From the NCBI GenBank assembly GCA_046729675.1, contig JBKPGZ010000238.1, positions 1 through 36,179 on the forward strand: DNA of 36,179 nt, written 5' to 3'. The position numbers and the translations under genes were made by a program. This document shows positions 8,694-16,468 of the stretch, one piece after another (the stretch's first letter is position 1; each line of letters begins with the position of its first letter). The notes beneath the pieces are model-generated. The model did not search any database and was not told where the DNA came from. It saw only the letters and a list, made by a program, of their open reading frames with translations. This DNA is from Gemmatimonadota bacterium. GTDB taxonomy: Bacteria > Gemmatimonadota > Gemmatimonadetes > Gemmatimonadales > GWC2-71-9.

Positions 8694-10544
8694 TCAAGCG
8701 TGGCGCGCGGCCCGCACCCGCCGGACGTCTCCTTCCCACTCCGTAACCCCCCGAGCGTCCGCCCATTCCAGCAGGGGGATCAAGTATTTTCTGCTGATGC
8801 CAAGCCGCTGGCGAAGCTCCGAAGGCACGACCGTTCCGGCGCCGCAATCTCCCCGCAAAACGGCGACGAAGCGGTCGAGCGCGGCCCGGCCGTAGTAGCG
8901 GTCCCGTTCGACGGCCTCGACCTTCCCGGCGGCGGCGGCGAGCCGCAGGATCCCCTCCACGTCCCGGCGCCCGGTCCGCCGTTCCAGCTCCGCCACGTTC
9001 GGCGGCGTGAGGCCCGCCTCTTCCAGCAGCGCGACGATCTCCGTAACGGCGCCTTCCCCGCCGGTGGCCCGGGGCGTGAACCCCGCCAGCGCCGCCCGCC
9101 CCTCCAGACGACGCATTCGTCCCGTCTGGACCAGCTCGTCGAGGACGGCTTCGACCACCGGCTCGGGGGCTCGGAGCGACCGGCGAAGGGTCTCGAGGGG
9201 CATTCCCAGCTCCAGCGGCTGCTCCCGATGGAAGCGCCGGAGCAGCTCCAGGCAGCGGCTGCTCGCCCGGGACAGCAGCTCGGCGGTAACCCAAAGCTCG
9301 CCCACTGCCCGCAGCTCGGCAGTGGCGGTCGCGGCCGCCCGTGACTCGCTGGGCGTCAGGCCTAGCAGGACAGGCAGCAGCCTCGCGGGCACACCGGCCG
9401 GGCGTCGCTCCACCAGACCCACCACTCGGCGCCCACCCTCCGCCGCCTGCAGCTGAGCGGGCCACCGCGGCCGGCGGAGCGGTGGCAGCGGATCCAGCAC
9501 GACCCCTCCGCCGATCGTCAGCACCGGACTGTAGCTCCGGATGACGAATCGGTCTCCGCCGCGTGCTACCAGCGGTCCTTCGAGCGCCAGACGAGCGAGG
9601 CCACGACCGCCCGGAGCAATGGGCTCCCGCGGCAAGACCCGGGCGAGTATCTCCGCCGTGCCGTGAAGAATTCGGACCCGCGTGCGTTGGACCACGGGCC
9701 TCGGCGCCGAAGGATCCAACTGCAGCTCCACATCGAGCGCCGTGGTCGGCGTCCACGCGTCGCCGGCGACGACGAGCACGGTCCCGCGACCCGCCTCGTC
9801 CCGCGCGATCCCCGCTAGCCCGACGGCGGTCCGCAGACCCGGCTCAGTCCGCTCGACGGCCCGGCCATGCACCTGGATCGACCGCACCCGCGCGGTCGAG
9901 CCGGCGGGGAGCAGGGCGACTTCGTCTCCGATTCGAAGCCGGCCCGACCATGATGTCCCCGTAACCACAGTGCCGACGCCGGCCAGCGAGAACGCACGAT
10001 CTACGGGAAGGCGGAACAGATCGCCTGCCGTGCGAGGCGCCCAGACCCTCGCGCGCTCGGCGATGCGCCCCCGCAGCTCTTCGATTCCCTCACCCGTGCG
10101 AGCCGACACCGGCAACGAAGAGGTAAATGCCACCCTGGAGCCGGCCAGACGCTCGCTCAGCTCCGCTGTGACCAGCTCGAGCCAGTCGCGGTCCACCAGG
10201 TCGGACTTCGTGACTACCGGGATCCCGTGCGCAACACCGAGATGCTCGAGGATGGCGAGGTGCTCGAGCGTCTGCGGCATGATGCCTTCGTCCGCGGCCA
10301 CCACGAGGAGGGCGAGGTCCACCCCGGAGGCGCCTGCCACCATGGTCCGCACGAAGTCTTCGTGACCGGGGACATCCACCACACCCACGACCGTGCCGCC
10401 GCCGAGATCGAGGGGAGCGAAGTTCAGATCGATGGTGATGCCCCGCCGCCGCTCCTCGGCGAGCCGGTCCATGGCGCGGCCGGTGAGCGCCTGCACCAGC
10501 GCCGACTTGCCGTGGTCGATGTGCCCGGCCGTTCCGACGATCAT
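8694..10544 (-). CDS. selB: Selenocysteine-specific translation elongation factor SelB
   Basis: MIVGTAGHIDHGKSALVQALTG...DRL.EE..RGITIDL is the G domain. The C-terminal winged-helix region ends LGISRKYLIPLLEWADARGVT.. The track ORF starts at GTG 10556. I prefer ATG 10544, which forms an ATGA overlap with the recO stop and gives the canonical MI.GTAGH N-terminus. Confidence 0.9.
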   Translation of the reverse strand: MIVGTAGHIDHGKSALVQALTGRAMDRLAEERRRGITIDLNFAPLDLGGGTVVGVVDVPGHEDFVRTMVAGASGVDLALLVVAADEGIMPQTLEHLAILEHLGVAHGIPVVTKSDLVDRDWLELVTAELSERLAGSRVAFTSSLPVSARTGEGIEELRGRIAERARVWAPRTAGDLFRLPVDRAFSLAGVGTVVTGTSWSGRLRIGDEVALLPAGSTARVRSIQVHGRAVERTEPGLRTAVGLAGIARDEAGRGTVLVVAGDAWTPTTALDVELQLDPSAPRPVVQRTRVRILHGTAEILARVLPREPIAPGGRGLARLALEGPLVARGGDRFVIRSYSPVLTIGGGVVLDPLPPLRRPRWPAQLQAAEGGRRVVGLVERRPAGVPARLLPVLLGLTPSESRAAATATAELRAVGELWVTAELLSRASSRCLELLRRFHREQPLELGMPLETLRRSLRAPEPVVEAVLDELVQTGRMRRLEGRAALAGFTPRATGGEGAVTEIVALLEEAGLTPPNVAELERRTGRRDVEGILRLAAAAGKVEAVERDRYYGRAALDRFVAVLRGDCGAGTVVPSELRQRLGISRKYLIPLLEWADARGVTEWEGDVRRVRAARHA

Positions 10545-11302
10545 GCGGCCAGCCACGGCCGCCGGAGCCAGAACTCCAGAGCCGGCAGCTCGGCGCCCTC
10601 GCCCAGGTGATATCGGATGTAGCGGGCCAGGAGGCGGCGATGGGATTCGGCGTGACGCCGGTCGAGGCCCGGCAGCGCCGCGCCGGGATCCAGCAGCGCG
10701 CCGAGATCCGCCCGCGCGTCGGCGGGGAGCTGGGTGGCGCCGTGGCCTGCCGCGCAGGCGGGACAGAGCGCTCCACCCTCGCGGGTGCTGAACGCGAGAC
10801 CGCCCTCCTCAGGCAGCGGCGTGCCGTCCCGCACGCACGCTTCCAGCGCCGGCGCGAAGCCGAGGGCGCTCACCAGCTGCCAGAGCACCCGGAAGCCCAG
10901 CGGCTCGAGCTCGGAAACGGTGGCGATCTCCAGCAGCGCCAGCGCCTCTCGCAGGAGGTCGTAACTCTCGGGATGCGGATCCGCGGGTGCGAACCGGAGC
11001 ATCACCTCGGCGAGCGCGGAGGCGGTGGCGTAGCGCTCGAGGTCGGCGGCGAGACCGGCGTGGAGTCGAAGGAGATCGAAGCTCGCGAGGATATGAAGCT
11101 CGCGATGCTCCTTCACCAGCAGTCTCGCCTGCCCCTCGCTGAGAAACTGGAGCGCGGCGCCGAACCGGCTGCGAGGGCGCAGGGCGCCCTTGGCGATGGC
11201 GCTCTGCACCCCATGCTCCCGGGTGGCCAGCCGCACGATCTTCGAGGTCTCGCTATAGCGAAGCGTGGAGAGGACGATCGCCGGCGAGTCTATCTGTGAC
11301 AT
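10541..11302 (-). CDS. recO: DNA repair protein RecO
   Basis: Track ORF 10541..11545 is over-extended and would overlap the upstream gene. ATG 11302 gives MSQIDSPAIVLSTLRYSETSKIVRLATREHGVQSAIAKGALRPRSRFGAALQ (RecO OB-fold N-terminus) and a C-terminal zinc motif C..DG...CPAC. Confidence 0.85.
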   Translation of the reverse strand: MSQIDSPAIVLSTLRYSETSKIVRLATREHGVQSAIAKGALRPRSRFGAALQFLSEGQARLLVKEHRELHILASFDLLRLHAGLAADLERYATASALAEVMLRFAPADPHPESYDLLREALALLEIATVSELEPLGFRVLWQLVSALGFAPALEACVRDGTPLPEEGGLAFSTREGGALCPACAAGHGATQLPADARADLGALLDPGAALPGLDRRHAESHRRLLARYIRYHLGEGAELPALEFWLRRPWLAA

Positions 11303-11324
11303 ACAGGAAAGATACGGGTCGCGC

Positions 11325-12383
11325 TCAGAGACCGCCGCTCGCCTCCACTCCGATCCGGACCACGAGCGCAAAGCCGGCGCAGCGGCCCAGCTGGATGAGC
11401 CGGATCCCCTCCAGCTGCTCGTCCAGCACGTGGGCGATCCCAGGTTGCCCTGGCTCGCAGGTCCCCGACTCGATGGCGTACACCCGGCCTTCGCTGTCCA
11501 CGGCCACGCCGCTGTTGCTTGAAATGGGGACGCCCTCGCCTTCACCCCGGACCAGGGCGTTGCTGTCGGTGTTGAACTCGAGCAGCCCCTCGGTGAGGGA
11601 ACTCACGAACACGCGCGCCCCCCCGTCCGTGGCGATCTGGCCTGGCAGAAGTCCCAGACCCGCGAAGCTGGCTACCTCTCTCCGCTCCAAAGGATCCACC
11701 ACCGAGAGCCGTCCCTCGGCGAAAGTGGAACGACCGCGGCTGAGAATGTAGATGAGACCGTCACCCCCCACTGTGGCGAACGCGGCATTGCCGGGACCGG
11801 TCAGCGGAACCGAATCGATGCCAGGTGCGAGTGTGTTGGTAGCCGGGTTGATGACCGTAAGCCAGCTGGCCCCGATCGGCTCCCCGGTCGAATCCAGGTT
11901 GCCGTTGAGCACGAACAGACGTCCTCGGGCGAACGCAAAACCCTGGGGGGTCACGCCGGCAGCTACGTCCGCGGTCTGCCGCGACAGTACGTTCACCTGT
12001 GTGATGGTGTTCAGGAGGGAGTTCGCCACATACCCGATCGAGTCGTTCAGCATGATCGCGCCGGTTGCTCCGGACCCGGCGGGGAGCGGGATCCGGTGCA
12101 CCACCGTCCGCTGCTGGAGGTCGACGACTGCCACTTGGTCTATGCCCCCCAACGGCACGATGCCGAAGCGGTCGACGGCGGCGACGGACATCGGGCTGCC
12201 TCTTGGGCTGCCTAGCTGTAGCGTCACCGGCGCGTCCGACTGATCCACCGGGGCGATGGTCAGCGAATTCGCCTGGCTGTTCGCGACTACAAACAGCTCC
12301 ACCGGATCCGGTGGCAGCGCGTTGGTGTCCGCGCAGCCGAGGACAAGTCCTAGCGCGAAGGCGGTGGGAGCGAGACGCGTCAT
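11325..12383 (-). CDS. Lipoprotein, predicted beta-propeller (YVTN/YncE-like repeats)
   Basis: ATG 12383 is preceded by AGGAGG. MTRLAPTAFALGLVLGCAD has a lipobox (LVLGC). The rest is repetitive beta-strand-rich sequence (VVANSQANSLT.., VAVVDLQQRTVVHRIPL, GYVANSLLNTITQVNV, RLFVLNGN, GLIYILSRG, RVFVSSL, RVYAIE). The propeller call is a pattern judgement only. Confidence 0.6.
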   Translation of the reverse strand: MTRLAPTAFALGLVLGCADTNALPPDPVELFVVANSQANSLTIAPVDQSDAPVTLQLGSPRGSPMSVAAVDRFGIVPLGGIDQVAVVDLQQRTVVHRIPLPAGSGATGAIMLNDSIGYVANSLLNTITQVNVLSRQTADVAAGVTPQGFAFARGRLFVLNGNLDSTGEPIGASWLTVINPATNTLAPGIDSVPLTGPGNAAFATVGGDGLIYILSRGRSTFAEGRLSVVDPLERREVASFAGLGLLPGQIATDGGARVFVSSLTEGLLEFNTDSNALVRGEGEGVPISSNSGVAVDSEGRVYAIESGTCEPGQPGIAHVLDEQLEGIRLIQLGRCAGFALVVRIGVEASGGL

Positions 12384-12450
12384 GAGCCTCCTGACCGGGA
12401 ATGTCGTCGGATAGACGAAAGGTATGCGCATCCGGCCGATCCGGCCCGGC

Positions 12451-13245
12451 CTAACGGCCTCCGGCCTCGTGGGGCCGGAGGGGAACCACCTGAGGCGAGC
12501 CGTCGCCCCAGGCGGTCACGGCCAGCGGCCAGTCGAACACGGCTCGGAGGGTATCCTCCCGCAGCACCGTCGCCGGAGGTCCTTCGCCGGCCACTCGGCC
12601 GGCGCTCAGGAGCAGCATGCGGTCGGCGTAGCGCGCGGCCAGGTTGATGTGGTGGGTGATGACCAGTCCCGCCAGCCCTCCGTCCACCAGGCGGCGGACC
12701 AGCTCGAACAGCTCCATCTCGTGGCGAACGTCCAGCGACGTGGTGGGCTCGTCCAGCACCAGGACCCGAGGCTGCTGGGCGAGGGCGCGAGCCAGCCGCA
12801 CCCGCTGCCACTCGCCGCCGCTGAGCGTGTCGATCGTGCGGTCCGCGAGCCTGGACACGTCGCACCGCGCGAGCGCCTCCGCTACCGCGGCGCGATCACC
12901 GGGTCCGGGCGCGGCCAGCGGCCCGAGGCGGGCATAGCGTCCCAGCATCACGGTCTCGTCCACTCGAAGGGGGAACGTCACCGCCTCCCCCTGCGGAACG
13001 ACGGCCAGAACTCCGGCGAGCTCCGGCCGCTTCCAGCGGGCCAGCGGGCGTCCATCTACCGCCACCTCCCCCCGCTCGGGCCGGAGCAGGCCACTGATCA
13101 CCCGCACGAGCGTGGTCTTGCCGCTCCCGTTGGGGCCGACGATGGCGAGCAACTCGCCGCCCCGCACAGTGCTGGTCACGCCATCGAGCGCCGGCCGGCC
13201 AAGGCCGTATCGCACCACCACGTCGCGGGCCTCCAGGAGGTTCAT
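12451..13245 (-). CDS. ABC transporter ATP-binding protein (BtuD/FepC-type)
   Basis: Walker A GPNGSGKTT, signature LSGGEWQRV, Walker B VLVLDEPT and H-loop ITHH are present. Its start overlaps the stop of the upstream permease gene (ATGA). Confidence 0.9.
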   Translation of the reverse strand: MNLLEARDVVVRYGLGRPALDGVTSTVRGGELLAIVGPNGSGKTTLVRVISGLLRPERGEVAVDGRPLARWKRPELAGVLAVVPQGEAVTFPLRVDETVMLGRYARLGPLAAPGPGDRAAVAEALARCDVSRLADRTIDTLSGGEWQRVRLARALAQQPRVLVLDEPTTSLDVRHEMELFELVRRLVDGGLAGLVITHHINLAARYADRMLLLSAGRVAGEGPPATVLREDTLRAVFDWPLAVTAWGDGSPQVVPLRPHEAGGR

Positions 13246-14216
13246 GCCACGCTCTTCCGGAGGAGGATGGCGAAGATGGGCACGCCGACCAGTGCGGTGA
13301 CGACACCCACGGGGAGCTCCAGGGGCCGCGCCACCGTGCGAGACACGACGTCCGCCAGCACTAGGAACGAGCCCCCGCCTACGAATACCAGCGGGAGCAG
13401 CGTGCGGTGCAGCGGCCGCGCCAGCGTGCGCGCCGCGTGCGGGACCACGAGCCCGACGAAGCCGATGATGCCGCAGGCGGCGACGCTGGCCGCGGTGAGG
13501 AGGGCGGTGCAGAGATACACTAGGCGCCTCACCCGATCCACGTCGGCACCGAGGTGGTGGGCCGGCTCGTCGCCTAGGGCGACGAGGTCGAGCGCGCGCG
13601 CGCTGAGGCCGAGCGCGGCGAGCGGGGGCACGGCGTAGGCGGTGAACACCGCCAGCGCTTGCCAGGAAGCGGCGCTGAACCCGCCGAGCAGCCAGAGGAA
13701 GGCGTTGCGCACTGTTGGCGCGTCGGAGAGCACGATGATCGCACTCATCAGCGCGCCGGCGAACGCGCCCACCACGACGCCGGAGAGCAGCAGGATCCGC
13801 GGATCAAGCCGCCGCCCGGCGACGAGGCTGAGTCGGTATACCAGCCCCACGGCGGCGAGGGCACCCGCGAAGGCGGCGACCGGGACGGCCCAGGGCCCCG
13901 CCGCACGGGAGGCGAGGGCGACAACGGCGCCGAGCCCCGCGCCGCCGGAGAGGCCGAGCAGGTACGGCTCGGCCAGCGGGTTGCGGATCATGGCCTGGAG
14001 CGCGGCCCCGCAGACCGCGAGGCTGCCTCCCACGAGGAAGGCGAGCAGCACTCGGGGCAGACGGAGCTCACGCACGATCGCGGAAGCGGGCGCGTCGGGG
14101 CTCCACAGCCCGCTCCACACCTCACCGGGCGGGAGCGGCACCGTACCGGCGCCGAGCCCGAGGGCCAGTGACAGCACCACCAGGGCGAGCAGGGCCGCGA
14201 CCAGCCCTGCCCTCAC
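13242..14216 (-). CDS. FecCD-family ABC permease (BtuC-like)
   Basis: Multi-TM protein with LRLPRVLLAFLVGGSLAVCGAALQ and IGFVGLVVPHAAR, both FecCD/BtuC signatures. The track ORF is over-extended to 14345. GTG 14216 forms a GTGA overlap with the upstream stop. Confidence 0.88.
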   Translation of the reverse strand: MRAGLVAALLALVVLSLALGLGAGTVPLPPGEVWSGLWSPDAPASAIVRELRLPRVLLAFLVGGSLAVCGAALQAMIRNPLAEPYLLGLSGGAGLGAVVALASRAAGPWAVPVAAFAGALAAVGLVYRLSLVAGRRLDPRILLLSGVVVGAFAGALMSAIIVLSDAPTVRNAFLWLLGGFSAASWQALAVFTAYAVPPLAALGLSARALDLVALGDEPAHHLGADVDRVRRLVYLCTALLTAASVAACGIIGFVGLVVPHAARTLARPLHRTLLPLVFVGGGSFLVLADVVSRTVARPLELPVGVVTALVGVPIFAILLRKSVA

Positions 14217-15121
14217 GGCGCAGCCTCGCGGAGTCGCGCCGCCAGCGCCCGGATGGCGCCGGGCGACCGCGGGCCCGGCCGGTCGTACTCCGTGCCCGTG
14301 ATCCGCAGGAGTCGGCGCTCGCGCACGGCGCGCACGACCTGCCACTCGGGCCGGTCCACGATACTCGCCGGGCCGACGGCCGCCGTGAGAATCAGGTCCG
14401 GATCCCGCGCGCTCACCGCCTCGATGCTCACCGGGGCCGAGGAGCTCGCGATGTCACCGAAGACGTTCTCGCCTCCGCCGCGCTCCACCAGCTCGCTCAG
14501 GAAGCTGCCCCGTCCCAGGGTCATCGGCGGCTGCTCCCAGACGAGAATCAGGACCCTCGGCTTCCGCTCGCGACGTCCGCCGTTGCTGGCCGCAGCAAGC
14601 GCCGTGTCGAAGGCCGCGCTCATCGAGTCCGCTTCCCGCGTGTGCCCCGTCAGCCGGCCGAGCAAGCGGCTGACGCGCCCGACGTCGGCCAGGGCGTCGG
14701 TGTTGACCCGGATGGCGGGGATGCCGAGCTCACGCAGTCTGGCTGCCACGGACGCATGCTGGGCCGAGTTGTAGAGGACGACAAGATCGGGCCTGGCGGC
14801 GAGGACGGCCTCGAGGTTGGGATTGATGCCCGGGCCGAGATCGGTAACGCGGAGCGCTTCGGGTGGATAGTCGCACCACTGGGTCCGTCCCACGACCGCC
14901 GCGCCGGCGCCGATCGCGAAGAGGAGCTCGGTGGTGGCGGGGATCAGTGAGACCACCCGCGCGGCGGGCGCGCGCACGGAGACCGAGTCTCCCGCGTCGT
15001 CCACGACGACGACGGTGCCTCGGGCTCCCGAGCCGGGGCGCCCGCAGGCGAGAAGCGCCAGCGCGATGACGAGGACGAAACGCGGGACTACGGTTCGGCG
15101 GAATGCGATGGGGCCACCCAT
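14213..15121 (-). CDS. Periplasmic substrate-binding lipoprotein, BtuF-like (cobalamin-binding type)
   Basis: ATG 15121 gives MGGPIAFRRTVVPRFVLVIALALLACG (lipobox). VVSLIPATTELLFAIGAGAAVVGRTQWCDYPPEA...NPNLEAVLAARPDLVVL matches the BtuF/class-8 PBP pattern. It sits directly downstream of a cobalamin riboswitch. Confidence 0.85.
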   Translation of the reverse strand: MGGPIAFRRTVVPRFVLVIALALLACGRPGSGARGTVVVVDDAGDSVSVRAPAARVVSLIPATTELLFAIGAGAAVVGRTQWCDYPPEALRVTDLGPGINPNLEAVLAARPDLVVLYNSAQHASVAARLRELGIPAIRVNTDALADVGRVSRLLGRLTGHTREADSMSAAFDTALAAASNGGRRERKPRVLILVWEQPPMTLGRGSFLSELVERGGGENVFGDIASSSAPVSIEAVSARDPDLILTAAVGPASIVDRPEWQVVRAVRERRLLRITGTEYDRPGPRSPGAIRALAARLREAAP

Positions 15122-15134
15122 CCCTCCCCCCGGA

Positions 15135-15295
15135 GGGCGCGATTGGTGGCGCGAGCGGAGAGGTCTCCTGGCTTCGGGCTTCCGCTCGCCTTCCCGGTTG
15201 CCCAGTGGCGTCGTGAGCGGAGTGGTGTGCCCGTCACAGTGGCGGGGCCGCGCCGGCATCGCACCGGCTTCCGAGCGTCCCCGCTCGCGTGCGAT
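15135..15295 (-). promoter_or_regulatory. Cobalamin (B12) riboswitch in the 5' leader of the btuF-like gene
   Basis: All elements below read on the - strand. The P1-like pair is CGCGAGCGG (15289-15281) / CCGCTCGCG (15158-15150). The conserved core is GGAAGCCGGTGCGATGCCGGCGCGGCCCCGCCACTGTGA (15272-15234). CCACTGGGCAACCGGGAAGGC follows. The B12 box is GAAGCCAGGAGACCT (15175-15161). Order and spacing match the cobalamin riboswitch consensus as I remember it. Confidence 0.82.
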
Positions 15296-15316
15296 CGAAT
15301 GACCGCGCGGGCAAGT

Positions 15317-16468
15317 TTACGGGCCGCGGGATTCCCGGGCAAGTGCGGCGGCGGCCGCCGCCTTCAGCGCGTCGCGACGCTGGAGATAGCGGGCCCACTC
15401 CTCCGCCGGAAGCTCGGCTTCCCTGCCCTGGTAGCGCGCATCGAGCGTCGCGATCTGGTTGAGGAGAAGATCGGCGTCGTCGCGCCGAGCGCCGCCCGCG
15501 GCGGCCGCCGCGCGTTGCGGCAGGAGGCGCCAGGCCGCCAGCAGCAGCGCCAGCGCCAGCACCGCGACCAGCGCGGCGATGACGGGCGTTGAGGATCCCC
15601 CGGCGCCAGGCAGGCTGATCCGGATGACGGCGTTTGCCGGCACGTCCCCCGTCCAGCGACGGAACGAGCGGCCCTCGATGGCCTGGCTGTCGGACTCCAC
15701 CAGCCCCGGGCCCGACGCGCTGGCGCCTGACTCCTCGAGCAACACGTTCAGCGCCACCGGCTCGGCCCCCACCGGGAGCTCGATCGCCTGGTGTCCTCCT
15801 GGAAGGTGATACTGGAACGCGAGCTGCTTCTCGCCGGGCGAGATCGGAGCCGACACGATCACGGAGTCGCCCCGGCGCGTCACGGCGTCGGGAGAGACGT
15901 CGCTCTCGCCCAGCTCCAGACCCTCGCTCGCGGGCGGAAGCGGTCCGGTCCAGGAGGCGCTCAGCGAGTCGGGGGCGACTCTCGTTTCCCTGCCTCCGTT
16001 GACCAGCACCACCAGGTCGAGCACGTCCCGAGTGCCGTCGTCCCCCGGGCGCGGGATCACGACGTGTCGGGCGGAGACGCTCACCGGCGTCCGGCTGGAG
16101 GTGTCGCGGACGACCAGAGCCACCGGCGCCGGATCGCGATCGGCGGTACGCTCCAGCGGGAAGGAGAAGTACTCGATCCCCTGATAGCGCGCGCTCAGCA
16201 GGTACAGCGCCGAGGTGTCGCGCGCCAGCGCGAATCGGAACCCTCCGTCGCGGCCGCTGGGCATCGAATCGACCGGGCCCTGCTCCACCGCTCCGACCCG
16301 GTGGAGCACGACGCGGACACCGGGTACCGGGACGCTGTCTCCGCCGCCAGGGCGTACCACCCGGCCCGTCACGGACTGGGCGGCGAGAGGTGCGGCGAGC
16401 AATGTGAAGAGGGCGAGCGGGAGCTTCAGGGATTGAACTTCCCGAAATCCACAGTGTCTGCCAACCAC
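15317..16468 (-). CDS. Hypothetical exported protein with CarboxypepD_reg-like N-terminal domain and a C-terminal TM anchor plus cytoplasmic helical tail
   Basis: 383 aa with signal peptide KLPLALFTLLAAPLAAQS. VTGRVVRPGGGDSVPVPGVRVVLHRV...DGGFRF is the carboxypeptidase-regulatory-like pattern. TM segment is PVIAALVAVLALALLLAAW. GTG start 16468 is uncertain; the first codons overlap a 21-bp repeat. Confidence 0.55.
   Translation of the reverse strand: MVGRHCGFREVQSLKLPLALFTLLAAPLAAQSVTGRVVRPGGGDSVPVPGVRVVLHRVGAVEQGPVDSMPSGRDGGFRFALARDTSALYLLSARYQGIEYFSFPLERTADRDPAPVALVVRDTSSRTPVSVSARHVVIPRPGDDGTRDVLDLVVLVNGGRETRVAPDSLSASWTGPLPPASEGLELGESDVSPDAVTRRGDSVIVSAPISPGEKQLAFQYHLPGGHQAIELPVGAEPVALNVLLEESGASASGPGLVESDSQAIEGRSFRRWTGDVPANAVIRISLPGAGGSSTPVIAALVAVLALALLLAAWRLLPQRAAAAAGGARRDDADLLLNQIATLDARYQGREAELPAEEWARYLQRRDALKAAAAAALARESRGP
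16430..16450. repeat. Direct repeat copy 1 (GGATTGAACTTCCCGAAATCC)
   Basis: Identical 21-mer to 17139-17159, read base by base. On the - strand it encodes DFGKFNP followed by TGA. Confidence 0.95.

Noticed and set aside
8296-9756. Same-strand, alternative-frame long ORFs: 8296..9756, 10090..10776, 15234..16640, 20374..22089, 22160..23245 N-terminal part, 22423..23712 N-terminal part, 24682..25779 and 29286..30212.
   Set aside because: These are out-of-frame overlaps of well-supported genes (selB, the CarboxypepD_reg protein, ptsI, the PTS components, hprK, ribE/ribD). They have Arg/Gly/Pro-rich junk composition.
11303-11545. N-terminal extensions suggested by the ORF track for recO (to 11545), btuC (to 14345), btuF (to 15259), nuclease (to 17704), ptsI (to 22259), ribBA (to 29268), ribE (to 29935), purM (to 32667), pfkB (to 32957) and the propeller protein (to 12431).
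   Set aside because: Each extension overlaps the upstream gene or a repeat element and adds non-homologous Arg/Pro-rich sequence. Internal starts give canonical N-termini, usually with ATGA/GTGA coupling or a Shine-Dalgarno sequence.
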